A stretch of 63,059 bases of DNA, the filler included, from Pelomyxa schiedti (taxonomy: Eukaryota > Protista > Evosea), in the NCBI GenBank assembly GCA_020536535.1. It is 5 parts of 5 records of this genome, joined end to end, with 100 filler letters (N's around TTAATTAATTAA, not from the genome) between each part and the next. Parts side by side here need not be neighbours in the genome. Positions count along the whole stretch, not along the records: positions 1 to 23,705 come from JAHLWZ010000744.1; 4 more parts are not named here. One strand, 5' to 3'. The notes beneath the pieces are model-generated. The model searched no databases. It was given only the letters and a program-made list of their open reading frames with translations, and was not told the DNA's origin. The position numbers and the translations under genes are program-made. Position 1 is the first letter of the stretch; each line of letters starts with the position of its first letter. Positions 1 through 12,300 of this stretch are shown here, piece after piece.

Positions 1-273
1 GCTCCAACCCAACATGCATCACACAGAGGTCCGCAAGTTGAACAGTATGAAGCTGTTGGCTGCTGGCAGTCCACACAAGCAACTGTACCTACTGTATGAA
101 GTGCGTCACTTTCCACTTTGTATTTTATGATTTTAAAAACCTTTTGCCTGTTCTCTCTGTTGGAGAATCTCCGCGAGGTGTTTGTTTGTTTTGAGTGCCC
201 TATCACACTGCGAAATTGGCATTGTGGTTACGCTCGAACACCTTGCGCATTTCACACCAATAGTTCTTGCGAT
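1..273 (-). CDS. RING/B-box (TRIM-like) protein, internal exons only; paralog of the gene at 22240
   Basis: Minus strand after a ttttcag acceptor reads IARTIGVKCARCSSVTTMPISQCDRALKTNKHLAEILQQREQAK, then an intron, then VACVDCQQPTASYCSTCGPLCDACWVG. Sequence and intron position match the 22.6-22.85 kb exons (VKCVKCSMVTP..ALETNRHLVEILHQREQA / VVCVDCGQPATAHCSVCGSLCDTCWV). It runs off the window start, and the upstream RING exons are absent. Confidence 0.7.
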
Positions 274-286
274 CTGAAAATCCAAT

Positions 287-853
287 CTAGTCAGTCGACA
301 GAACTTCCTCCGCTGAGTGACCCTCCAGCATATCCAATGCTTCCCCAATCCCCCCTCGCACATCCCCATCCCCATCCCCATTCCCATAACCACCGCTCCC
401 GCTCATGCCCGCGTTCTCTTTCTCCTCGTTGTTCTTGTTGTCCCCCTCTGCGGCGTCGTGGCCACCACCCGACCCACAACTGGGTTTGGCGCAGGTACCC
501 CGGTGTGGGTGTGGTGCCAGCTCAGCCCCGGCCGCGAGGAGCATAGGCGGTATTACTTTCCTCAGGTCGTGGAGGTATCCCCCTGCCCCGCAGCCCTCGC
601 CCAGGACGCCTACGAAATCAGCCTCGTCGGGGGACTGCTGCTGCCGCCGCGCCGCGGTAGATTGCATCCGCAGGTCGTGGCGCGCCGCTGCGTGTGGCGA
701 CGGCGACTGCGAGGGGGAGCGAGAGGGGCACTCCTCGCCCACGGCCGCGGCGTATTCGCAGTCGTCCGAGTGGGTGTTGTCGTCGAGGGTGTAGCACACG
801 TAGTCCCCCTCGTCGTTGCATTGGTCGGTACCACCTTTGCCCGGTCCTTGCAT
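287..853 (-). CDS. Probable displaced (inverted) N-terminal exon of the BROMI-like gene
   Basis: ORF from ATG 853 (MQGPGKGG...) is GC-rich and low-complexity. It reads through the inverted repeat as GDGDGDVRGGIGEALDMLEGHSAEEVLSTD and stops immediately after it. The same peptide continues as EWPDTVRGL on the plus strand at 1109 onward. Confidence 0.5.
   Translation of the reverse strand: MQGPGKGGTDQCNDEGDYVCYTLDDNTHSDDCEYAAAVGEECPSRSPSQSPSPHAAARHDLRMQSTAARRQQQSPDEADFVGVLGEGCGAGGYLHDLRKVIPPMLLAAGAELAPHPHRGTCAKPSCGSGGGHDAAEGDNKNNEEKENAGMSGSGGYGNGDGDGDVRGGIGEALDMLEGHSAEEVLSTD
290..384. repeat. Left copy of a 95-bp inverted repeat
   Basis: gtcagtcgacagaacttcc...ccccatccccattcc is the reverse complement of 1109-1203. 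Confidence 0.95.
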
Positions 854-1068
854 TTTTGTTCTGTCTACGGTTTTTGTAGGAGCTTCTGAGTAAATCCACC
901 AGAAGAAGATGATACAAAGGGGGGAGAGGAGTGGGACGGAGAACCGGAGAACCCTTCCCAATTCCCAGATTGGGATTCACACCCTTCAGCGAACAGAAAA
1001 ATGTCGTTCAACCAAGTTGTTTATACAATGGCTGCGTCGGGTGCCCCAACAAACACCAATGAAAGGCG

Positions 1069-4000
1069 GTGCGGACCGGGGAGTGGTGTCACGGAGGGAT
1101 CGTGGATTGGAATGGGGATGGGGATGGGGATGTGCGAGGGGGGATTGGGGAAGCATTGGATATGCTGGAGGGTCACTCAGCGGAGGAAGTTCTGTCGACT
1201 GACGAGTGGCCTGATACTGTACGGGGACTTATCAGGGTCCTGCTCGTTTGCTCTGATGGTAATAGCTGGCTTCTTTTCTTTTTTTTTTTTTCCCCTATGT
1301 TTTTTTTGTGTGTGTGTGGGTTTGGTCATTCTCCCCGCTGTTCACGCAAATAAATAACACCAATGCAGAATCGAGCAGCGTTGGCGATCGGGAAAAAGTT
1401 AAGTGGTTCATGTCATCTTTGAAGCACTTGAGCCGCCTGGAAAAATGTGGAGGGAGTGTGTGCGGGGAAACTGTAGTTTTAGGTATCTGTGAGATATTTT
1501 CGTCGATGCTGGACAAACTAGTGTTGCCATCTACCAACTCCCCCTCTGTACCAAATCATCACCTCATTACTCTTGTGGAGCTATTTGAAAAACGCACAAC
1601 CATCAAAAGTGTACACATGCGAGCTATTTGCCGCATGCTAGCGGGAGTTTTCGCAAACATGCCTTCATGGTGGCAGAAGCTTTCTCCTGAATCACTTGAA
1701 AATGTGTTGCACCGAATTGGCACTTTGTGCACCAAATGCATGGATGCAAAAGGGAGCCCAATGTCAGCAGCAATAGTGTCTTTATCGCTCACTACTGCAA
1801 CTTCTCCACACTGGCTGTTAAAATGGATGAAGGGACCTCATGCTCACAAGGTGTTCATACTTCACTGAGGCAGCACCCTTGTTCACTCTTAACCTGTTGC
1901 CACAGGTTTTTGAAGTTCTGGATACTGTTGGTTTTGTTAACTATTTGGAGCAAAGTCTTGTGCATTCCGAATCTGAGATCAGATCTATATTCAAGACCTG
2001 TTTGGCTGCTTCTGGCAACATTCTCAATAACAACGAGCTTGCTCACTATGCAGTCCTATGTCATGCTGCCCATGCAACATCGATGGCTGGTGTTCTACTC
2101 TCCACCTCGTATTGGAAGTCCGGCATCGGAGCCAAAACATGCCTTACTAAAATTGTAGAGATGCTAGAAATTATTGCAATGAATCCACCAAGCACTAAGA
2201 AGATAGAACATGGCATACAAACACTTTGTGAAGTCTTGTGTGTGGTGCTTACTAACCTTTCTTCATGTGCGTGGCTGGAACCGATTATTCAAGCTCCATT
2301 CATGATGGAAAAGTTTCTTAACTTACTACGAATGCCAGTCCAAACTGGGGTGCCTTTCTATGCCGGAGTTATTGGTGCCATCTGCTTAACACTTTCCAGT
2401 TTTTGTCCACATTCTGCCATATGTTCTATACAAGAGTCTGTCTTGCAATGTGTTGTAGATAGACTTACACAATGTGACCTGCAGGGTCTATATATAATTG
2501 TGCAATTGCTACAACTATATTCTTCGTTGAAAGCATACAATGTAAATCCCACACCTACAGGCACATCAACAGTCATTTTTCCCATCATGCAACTGGCACT
2601 CACGAGTGGTAGTGAGGAACTTATTTCTGCTGTCACTCAACCCATGGCCGTTTTATTAATGCTGCACCCCTGTGAAATCGCCATCTCTTTGAGGCACACC
2701 ACTCCCTTCTCCCTCTCTCAAATTGCACTTCTCGTGTCACAACAGAGTGACTATGGAATACTTGCAAAATTTGGAACATTGGTCTCTTCTCTCTGTGTTA
2801 GTACGCTCGAGTCTATTGGTTCAACATTCTCCAGTGTTGTTTCGGATCTATTCCCTTTCATATCTGAAATGGTTTCCCCAAGTAATCAGCAACCACCGTC
2901 TGTATTCTATGTGGCGCTACGTGAAGTGAGTTTTGACAACCAACCAATTGATGATCAGTTTTACCATCCTCCACAATCCAATTCAACGGCTCATTACTCT
3001 CTATCACTTGCAAGGGTTCTTGCATGCAACCCTCATCTACCTAGTTTACTTCTACAACCAGATAACTGGTTGCATGGCCCCGGTTCTATTCTCCAGATAA
3101 TTGATAACCTTGTGGTCTTTTATGACTTTGAGACCACAGGTAGCAGTGACCCTTACTGCGTTTGTAGTATTTTTGTTATGTTCTGTACTAAAACAAAACA
3201 AAAATAGGCGGCTCTTGTAGTTGTGAATGATATGGCATGGAACCTAGATTGCTTAATTTTCATACAAGAAAGGATCAATTTGGCACACACTCTACTCGAG
3301 CAGCACACCAGGTTTTCTCCCGTGTAGTCTTCTCATCCTTCTGATTATGGCTCAGTATTGATGAGTCGCCTGCAACAAAACTGCGGAATGATATTTTATG
3401 GAGATGTTGTGCACCACTAGGTCCTACGGAAATGCCAGCGTCTCCCTCAATTATCTCAGAATTTCCTCCCACTCTGAGCTCCTCTAAGTCTTTTGAATCA
3501 GTAATGAACAATGAGTCAGTTGTTGCTATCATCCATAAACTGCACGACTCTATCCTCCCTTTGGCTTTCTCACCAGCTGGATGGGACATCATCCCCCCCC
3601 TCCTAAGTCAACCCATGTGCTCCCAGTTTTTCTCAATGATTCTTTCACAATGGCTTTGCGGCAAGCAGATCTCCCAAGCAATCAAATCCACCAATACAGG
3701 TAGCCAACAGAAAACCTCCTCTACTTTGGAGCTGTTCCTACACCGTTATGCTACCTTCTTGAGGCTTCCCATACCGCCATCTTGTGAGCAATTTGCAGCT
3801 GAACTTTCTTGCACTGTTAGTGGTAGTGAACAACCACGTCCTGCAGTAAGAAATTTTGTATCGAAGCGCTTTCAATAAGGTGAATAACAACTCAAAGATT
3901 GATTGGTTTGCTGCGAACCTCTATTTGATGACATGCAACGTGAAGTTGACTCAAGATCTTCTTTCTTGGTGTTCTATAAACCGCAAAACAGAGATAAGCT

Positions 4001-4643
4001 TCATTTGGAGACGGCTGAGGCCGGTCGTGCCAGATGAAATAGATCCTTGGGTAGGAACCTAGTCCCCTGATCTTCTTTATACAAATTGCAATTTGCATTC
4101 ATCCCAAAAATTAGATTGCTTGTATTACACAAGTTTTGTGGCTAATAATTAGAACTGAGTCACAACTGCTTTTCAATGCCTTTCTGGACTCTCGACTCCC
4201 TCTGTACCATGTGGTCTACAGATGGACGAACCAGTGTTTCTTGACCTACTTGGATTGGACGGACATTACCCACTTTTTCCTTCTTTCATTTTTGTACGTC
4301 ATTGGCTTCCTCCCTTTATTCGTTTCCAGTGCAATTTGAGTAATCGCAGTTATTGTTGTTCTTGTTGTGGATAATTACTCTTTACAATTCCATTGTCACA
4401 AACCTAATTTCCCACAGAACCGGACCCGATTTCTGTGTGTACCTCTGTGCGGCGATGTTGATGCACATGCAAACCGCTTTGTTGGATTGCTGCTCGCGCG
4501 GCGGAAGTTTGCTACACATGCTACTGACCCGCGGATGTCCCGGCTTCCACATCAAGGAATCCCTCGAAACTCTACAGGTTCTATCATCCAAGTACCACAA
4601 CCACTTCCTATCTCTGTACAACAGTGGTCTATTCGGCCCCTAA
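1069..4643 (+). CDS. TBC1D32: Protein broad-minded (BROMI/TBC1D32)-like, multi-exon, with a C-terminal degenerate TBC-like domain
   Basis: C-terminal exons DWFAANLYLMT, WTNQCFLTYLDWTDITHF, GPDFCVYLCAAMLMHMQTALL and GFHIKESLETLQVLSSKY match my recollection of the BROMI C-terminus (DWFVSSLFL, WITQCFWNYLDW, GPDYQVYICIA, GFRVSDY). EALDMLEGHSAEEVLSTDEW resembles its N-terminal EAL..L.....DVL..E.W segment. ORFs 1308-1868, 1840-3207, 3432-3878, 4136-4339 and 4353-4643 are linked by GT-AG introns. There is no in-frame ATG in the present orientation. Confidence 0.8.
1109..1203. repeat. Right copy of the 95-bp inverted repeat
   Basis: ggaatggggatgggg...gttctgtcgactgac is the reverse complement of 290-384. 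Confidence 0.95.
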
Positions 4644-4863
4644 ATACCACCAAAACACAAGTCCACATTCCTTTAATGATCCCCCAACACCCCATTACAC
4701 CCAACATTCACACCCTTACACTAACACACTGTCCGATAACAACAATAACAAAAAAAAAGATTGCAACAAACAAAAAATTACAATCAAACAGGCAGTCGAT
4801 CAAAAAACACGAAAAAAACCACCGAAGTACCCAGTCACGTAACACACCAACCAACGGCCGAGA

Positions 4864-6975
4864 ATGAGCGGCGGTGGCGGAGGAGGGATCAAAAACTCCA
4901 TTATGGGAGGCGGCGGGGGCGGCGGAGTCGGGGGGACCGGGACCGGATCCGGGGGACGGGCCACTCTTCAGGGCCATCTGTACAAACAAGGACCGACGGG
5001 CAGCCTGAGGTCGTGGAAGCGCCGGTGGTTCGTTATGCGAAACAACCGCCTGTTCTACTACGAATCGTCGCGCGACATCGCCGACTGCGTGCCGTACCGC
5101 GGCTTCGTCGACCTGTCGCTGGCCCGCGAGGTCTCGGCGTCGCCGGCGGCCGCGCTCGCGAACGCCGCGGGGCCCCAGTCTCAGTCCCAGCCCCAGACGT
5201 CGATGGCGGTGACGTCATCGATGTTTGGGGGAGCTATTCTGGGAGGGGGGACGCCTGGCGGGGGGAATAGCTCTGGATGGGGAGGAAATTCCGGCGGCGC
5301 CAGCGGCGGCGGTTCTAATGCTAATTCTAGTGGTGGTGGGGGTTCTGGTGGATTTTCATTTGGGAATTTGCCCCTGGCTGTGGAGGATGTGGATTTCAGA
5401 TGGGTGTTTCATATCTACACCCCTGCAAGAGTGTGGAAGCTGCTGGCACCTTCTGGCATGCTGCCTTCTTGTGGGGATGAAAGGGTATATAGTTTGTGAC
5501 GAGTTGACGTTTTTCACTTTCACAGAGTATGAAATGTGGTACTGGATTGAAGGAATCCAACACGTACTACTCAAGCTCAATCTTGGCTTCTTCACAGAAG
5601 AGAATCTAGGTCTGTGTGTCTTTCTAAGGAACTGGAAGTTTAATGACCCACCAGATGATATACCCAAACTGAAAGATCAGAACACGAGGTTAAAGATTCG
5701 GATACAGCAACTTGAGAAACAACTGGACGATAATCAAACTTTTTCCAGGGTAATAATTCTTGCACCTTTTCTTTTTTTCTTAATAATAGAGAATGAATCC
5801 TAATCAATCCAGATTTTAGCACGGGAACTCTTCACAGACCCACATTCACACCTAATTGAACCGAATGAAAACATCACCAGACAAAGTCGACCACCAACCT
5901 ATCACCTCTTTCGAAGTTACACTTGGCCAGTGTACAGAGACCTCCCTGCAGTACCTCTACCACGCAGCACATTCAGCAACTCAACTACATCTTTACCTCC
6001 CTTTGTCCAGTCTTCTACCACTGCTCCCATTCCGAGCACTGTAACGAATATCTCCATCAATCACGCCATCACACCAGCAAATTCCCCACAGAAAGAAACC
6101 ACTCCGTCTTCTTCAGTTGTAACACCACATTACTCCGTTCCTACGTTTTCACCACCATTAGGTTACTCCTTAGGTACAGCTTTCTCACCACCCCCATCAA
6201 CATCGCCTCCTGTGGGAACCCCCACATCGCTACTTTCGGTCTGTGGTTCACCACCTCAATCAGCTCCGGGCTCACCTCTTGTAACCTTCTCAATTATTAT
6301 GTAAATCCTAACGGCTCCCACAGCGAAGATCATCCCCCACATCGTTTCCGAATTTCGAGGAACTGGGGAAAGTTGTGCTTGCAGAATGCAGACTTCAAAA
6401 GGAAGAACTCAAAGTGCTCCGCTCTCGTGTAGAAAGCGAGCTTAAGCAAATTCGTTGTGAGCTGGCCAGAACGACCGCAACCATTGAGAAAGAGTTGACA
6501 GAGGTGAGGTACATAGGAAACTCCCCCACAACAACAAAAAACTGAGAATTAATCACAGCTAACATATTTAATTACAGGCAAGACCTCAGGGTTTCTACAA
6601 CACTGAAGTCCCGAGTTGCCGCTCTACCCGCAAAAGATAAACAATTATGGGTTCCATCAGCAACAACTTGTTTCATGTGCTCAGCACAGTTTACACTTGT
6701 AAGAAGACAGGTACTAATATCAAAACCTCCAATTCAAACTAAACTCTTTTCCCGCAGCACCATTGTAGAAATTGTGGACAAGTATTCTGTGCGGCATGTG
6801 CCAACCAAAGGTGCCGCGTTCCAGGCTATCAGTCTCTGGAAAGAGTGAGAAATTGGAAATTTAATTTAGTGGCTTACTTTGTGGACAGGTCTGTGAACCT
6901 TGCTACATTGAGGTTCAAATGAGATATTTAACCCCCCCAACTGAGACGGGAACACCTCCACAGCACAACCTGTAG
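4864..6975 (+). CDS. PH domain + coiled-coil + FYVE zinc-finger protein
   Basis: The PH signature is LQGHLYKQGPTGSLRSWKRRWFVMRNNRLFYY...EYEMWYWIEGI. Terminal exons read WVPSATTCFMCSAQFTLVRRQ/HHCRNCGQVFCAACANQRCRVPG../RVCEPCY, the FYVE WxxD-like, R(R/K)HHCR and RVC motifs. Stop TAG at 6973-6975. Confidence 0.9.
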
Positions 6976-7129
6976 AAAAAACCAACATTTTTGGTATAAT
7001 GTAAAAATTTCTTATTGGTGTTTATTCTGTTATGTTCTATTTGGAATATGGGGCATATTTATTTTTGAGTTGTACAGTACATGTGGGCTGGTTCACCACC
7101 CTTGGAGCCGGTGTAATTTTGGTGCATGC

Positions 7130-8381
7130 TTAGGGTGCTCCTGTTCTTGCTGGAGGCTCCACGGTTATTGTTGTAGTGGATTCTACAATTTGAGGTACTG
7201 GTTCAGTTGGTGTGGGGACTGTTGGTTGTCTTTCGGGAGATAAATGCTCAGCTACAAACTGCCGGAGTGCCACCAATGTCTGATCAGTGGAAGTGTGCAA
7301 AATAAAGGTGCCTCCAGCGGCTTCCCATTCTGCTTTGTGTCGCTCTTCATTGTCTATCAGAACGTGGTTTGTTCCTGAACACATGTGTTTCAGGTGCACA
7401 TCAACTGCGATGACTGGAACGCTGCCACCAAGTTCTCTTTCGAACCACTGTCTTTTTTGGGGCTCAGCCCAGTTGCCCCGGGGAAGACCTGTGAGAATGG
7501 CGGGTTTAAATGACGCTATGCCGGCCCAGAGCTCCTGGCATGAAATTAGTCTCACTTACGCTATTCAAGGCCAAATCTATACCTTCCCATCAGTGGTCCA
7601 AGGTAGCCGGAGATAAAATTGGTCTACCCTCGCTATGGTTTCCCACATTTCGTTCTTTGAAACGAACTCATCAGGGAGCCTTCCACATAAATCCTGCAAC
7701 AATCCCACATCAATCTTCTTCCTACGAAAGCCTCACACTCAAAACCAAACAGGCCCACAATACCTTCACGCCTCGCACAAAGTCGACCAGCACGCCGTCG
7801 GCGTCACAAAACAGCCAAGTCGCGGGGTCCAGCACGCCAACCTGGTCGCGGGCGCGCGCCCTCAGAGCCTCCATCTTCCTCGCAATTTCCCGCTGCCTCT
7901 CCTCCTCCGCCAACACCCTGTCTTGGTGGCTCCATCTTCCGCGTCCTCCTCTCACTCCCTGCGCCCTGCTGTTGTAGCCACCGCCACCGCCACCGCCGCC
8001 GCTGTACCCGTTGTAGTCGTAGCCGTAGCCGTAGCCGTAGTTGCAACCGTAGGCGTAATTTCTGGTGTAATCGTACCCCCCGCCGTTGTTGTTGTTGATG
8101 AGGTTGCTGTGCACGTAGCCGGTAGTTGCGGCGAGGTGTTGTGCCTGGTATGCGGAATTATAGACGGCGACTCTGGGGGGCGGATTTGGTTGGGCCTGCC
8201 ACTGTCCGTAACACCCCGGCTGCCGAGGCTGCTGCCACGCCAGATTTACTGTAGTATTAAATAGAATAAGTTTGATGCACCCAGCGTCACTTTCTCTGAA
8301 GATGGACCATATGAGCCGAGAAGTGGAGAGCGAACAACAACTGAGTTCGTCTTTATTGGCCTGCCGATTCAAGTGGGCCAC
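7130..8381 (-). CDS. HAD-superfamily 5'(3')-deoxyribonucleotidase-like domain with a Gly/Tyr/Asn-rich N-terminal linker; 5' end unresolved
   Basis: HAD motif I is LFCDADGVLVDF. It is followed by MWETIARVDQFYLRLPWTTDGK/ELWAGIASFKPAILTGLPRGNWAEPQKRQW and VLIDNEERHKAEWEAAGGTFILH, typical of NT5C-like bacterial and phage HAD phosphatases. There are two GT-AG introns. Confidence 0.8.
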
Positions 8382-8429
8382 ATTTAAGCTGAATTATGGT
8401 CTCGGACTTGAGACATGCGGCACTGGAAG

Positions 8430-9230
8430 CGGAAGCGGAATCGGAGGCAGTGGATTTGATGCGGGTAACGAGGCCGTTGATTCGGAATGAATAGGTGAAC
8501 CCACTACGATGGATTCCTGTCAAACACTCACTTGAGGATGTGGAACAGGCACCAGGGGCAATCAGAGGAGACTAGCCGGGATCCTAAGTGGCTTGGAAGC
8601 GATCGCTGCCTCGCTCGTGAACGGCGTGGTCCCAAAGCACATCTGCCACACAAAACACCCAACGGCCCACAAGTCGGTCTTGGACACGTTGTATGCTGGC
8701 TTGACCTGGCATGTGAACGTGAACGTGAGTGTCAAAAGAAAGATGAAGAGGAGGGGAGGAGTTTGGAAAACCTTGGTCGCAGTGAAACTGGTCTCAGGGC
8801 TTCTGTGCCCTGCTGAGAATGTTTCCTTCTGGTACCTCATTCTGGCCGAGCCAGTTCAAGCAGCCCTGGTGTGACACCGGTGCTGCTTCCGCCACTTCAG
8901 TGATCATCAAGCCTTCTTCAGGAAGTTGAGTCACGTAGACAGGTCGTGACCGGCCGCCAGTCCAGGGCGTAAGAGGCCAAGCAGGTTCCCCACGTGCCGG
9001 AATAAGGGAACACGAGTCTCGACGTAGACCACGTGATACGGCACGATATACACTAGCACTATGAGAATAGAACAAGATCCGGAGCCATAGCCAAGACCTC
9101 GTCCGCGTTGTCGACGCAGGTTGGATGTGTCACATGTTGTTGCTGTCTCTAGCCGCTGTCCTCGTAACTTACTGTGCTACAATTTCGTAGTTGTAGCACG
9201 CACTGAGTCACACAACATGTTTTGGTTTGG
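8430..9230 (-). pseudogene. Degenerate protein-kinase domain (pseudogene or error-rich consensus)
   Basis: The intact part reads TGSARMRYQKETFSAGHRSPE../KPAYNVSKTDLWAVGCFVWQMCFGTTPF (subdomains VII-IX). Upstream fragments (NYEIVAQ, HPTCV, RLVFPYSG, NFL) fall in different frames with several stops. Confidence 0.5.
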
Positions 9231-9389
9231 CTGGGTGAAAACGGTATTGGTGGCTACATTGCAACGGCCACAAAGGGCGACCATGGGTTTGGGTGACGGG
9301 CGTCTTTTTCGTCGACCGTCGAAAAACCAGATTTGACCGACGAAGAAACGAGATCTCGAAAACAACAAACAGAAAACCAAAAGACGGTG

Positions 9390-12300
9390 ATGGCATCGAT
9401 ACGGGGCAGTACCGGGGGAAGTGGAGGGAGTAGCGTATGGGAGCCAGTAAGAGTTAGCACTGCAGGTCCTCTGCCTCGAGCGTGGCACAGTGCCGTGACG
9501 ATGGGATCTAAGATCTACATCTTCGGTATACTTTTTTTTTCCCCCATTTCCTCGGGGCTCTTTGGAGGCGGTTTTTTTTTTGCGGTTCCCTTTTTTTTTT
9601 TTAAAGAAACAACTCTCGAATCAGGTGGTATGAGAGATGGCACCGTGTGCTCTGATATGCAGATTCTCAATTTAGGTTTGTGCAACCCTTAAATTTTCTC
9701 CACTGCACCTCTTAATTCAGTTTTTCATTTGTCATAATTTATGCACAACAGAGGGTCTTTGTGGCTGGAATACACCTACGTTCACAGGCTCTGCCCCAAA
9801 AGCGCGTTGTGGGCATACTGCCACTTTGATACCACGCACTTCAATGCTGGTTTTCGGGGGTGCTGACGACCCCACTGGGGATGAACTGGCCCCCGCTGAT
9901 ACCAATGTACTCAATTTGGAAACTTTTGCTTGGGGAAGACCAAGGACAACTGGTATGTTCCATTTCTTACAAAATTTCGTCACCAACTGTTGAAAGGAAC
10001 ACCCCCAGAACCAATGTGCCATCATACTGCTGTTTTTATTCCTGCAAGTGGGAACGTCTTTTTTTTGTGTGGAAAGACTTCGAAGGGACCAACAAACTCT
10101 TTTTACGCTTTCTCCACAAGTATTCTAGTTGCTTTTCACAGATTATCCAAATAAACTTATGATTCCTTCTCAAGCAAATCGGACTTGGGCAGCACTGGCA
10201 AAGCCTCCTCTGCTTCCGCGTTATCATCACGCCGCTGTTGTCATGGGGAATAAGATGTATGTTTTTGGGGGAACAGATGGCAGAGCAACACTGGGTGACT
10301 TCTGGTGTTATGATACTGGTTTGGAACTTATTTTTTACTATGAGTTGTCACTGTTATTCTAGTGTCGTCCCGGTGGACACAAGTATTTGTTGAAGGAAAC
10401 TGCCCCCCTCCACTTTCTGGTCACTCAGCTGTTGTAGTCGCTAATCGTATCTTGGTTTGGGGTGGCCTCTCTGAAACAGGACCAAATGAAAATTTGTTTG
10501 CATACGACATCAACACATCTCGGTGGCACCATGTTACCCCAGTATTAAGGGGTTCCAGTGGGGACTCTCCTGGTCCTCGAGTGGGATTTGTATGTAATGA
10601 GGCAAACAGGAAAATCTATTTAATAGGAGGAGTTCCTCCGAATGGCCCTTCAACATCACCCGCCTTGTCCACCCCGTTCGTTTTAGTAACAGGTATGGTA
10701 ACTTCTCCACAAATTGAAAAATATCACACTGAGATTATGTGTCTAGGGAAACTAGAATTTACTCCCCTCTCTCAACATCCTGGCCCTAAATTAATATGTA
10801 TCCAATATATTTCTTTGCAACAGAGACTCACATATCCAAAGCTCCTTCGTGGTCATCAGAGAACCTGCGGATTCTAAATGTATTATTTCAGAAATCAGTC
10901 AAGTATTTAACTAGTCTAAGGATTCTGATAATTCCAGACCCCTTAGCCCGATCGCAACCCTCACAACATCCCCAACGTAATTTCTTTCTATTTTTACTCC
11001 AATACTTACAATTGACCTCATAGACTTGAGCCTACCGAAGTAGCGACTCTAAGAGCGGTAACACCAGTCCTATCAGACTCATTATCGTCTTCTACTCAAT
11101 TAAATCGCACATTTCATCAACCCCCATTTGTACAATCAGCTCCTCAGCTGTACTGTCCCAACCCACAGCACCCCTCACAACAGCCCCAGCCTTCACCAAC
11201 CCCAACGCCAACACCAACACCACCGTTATTTGACTCAGATGCAGTTGCTAGACTTGCTGAAGAGGAGAAAAGAAGCAGGGACCTTGCACAACAAATTGCA
11301 CTACTTACCACAGAAAAAAATACCATCATGGACACTTTGAATAGAGTTTTGGAAACAAATGTGGAAACAAAAAAGGAGCTTGAGGAACTTCACAATACAA
11401 AGTGTTCTCTGAATACTGAGTTGGACTCTCTACGAGAGTTGCATAACACAACAACTAATGAAGTTACCTCACTGCACACGCAGCTGACAACAGCACAAGC
11501 CCTCAAAGAGAAGCTCGAACTCATGCTTACAAATCAAAATGTACAACTGCAGCAAATGGAACAAATGAAGATTGAGAGAGACACCCTCCTAGAGTCCAAT
11601 GACAGTAGTGTCAAATTAATTGCTTCTTTAAGAACAGAGATTGAGACCATAAGACAAGAGAATAATTCTCTTTCCCAAAACCTTGACAACCGGCAAACTG
11701 AGACTGCACAGTCAGTTGAAAAAACATTCACAGAAATTGATCTCCGGAAGTTGGAAGAAGAAAAAATAGCACTTGTGCAAAACTTGGAAACTCTGAAAAT
11801 GGAGCTTTCTGAAGAACGGTCCTGCAAGAACAGCATCACCAAAGAGAAGATGAGTATTGAAGAGGAGGTCTCCAAGTGCAAACTTCAGTACCAGGAAGAA
11901 ATAATTTCTGCCCGACAAGAAATCACAACCTTACAACAGCGCCTCTCTCTAGAAGACGCTACACATAAGCAAGAAGCAGCTCAGCTTAAACAACAACTGG
12001 AGCTTGCAAGTGCTCGCGGCGGCTCAGCCATGTTTGGTGAAGCAGAGTACACATCTCTTCAATCACAGCTGGAGAAATGTCTCCAACAACTTGCAGCAGA
12101 ACAAGAAGTTGTGACAGCATTGCGAAAAGAGCTTCTAGAATCAACTCGCCTGCTAGAGGAACAAGAAAACAAGAGTAAAATGTCTGAAGAGCATCGAATA
12201 CAACTGGAAAAGCTGACCGGCAATTACTCGGATTTGACATCGAGACATAACAATCTGAAAACTATCCTTGAGTGCACTAAACGGGATAGGGATGACTTAC

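Noticed and set aside
317-889. Plus-strand 190-aa ORF and other long overlapping ORFs in GC-rich patches (e.g. 36692-37402, 39902-41201, 48542-49291, 57023-57529)
   Set aside because: These are shadow ORFs from high GC in first exons; the opposite strand or frame carries the recognisable protein.
8430-9000. Run of in-frame TGA codons in the kinase remnant suggesting TGA reassignment
   Set aside because: Many well-supported genes here end in TGA (15654, 30299, 32941, 38258, 50310), and the kinase motifs switch frames, which indels explain better.
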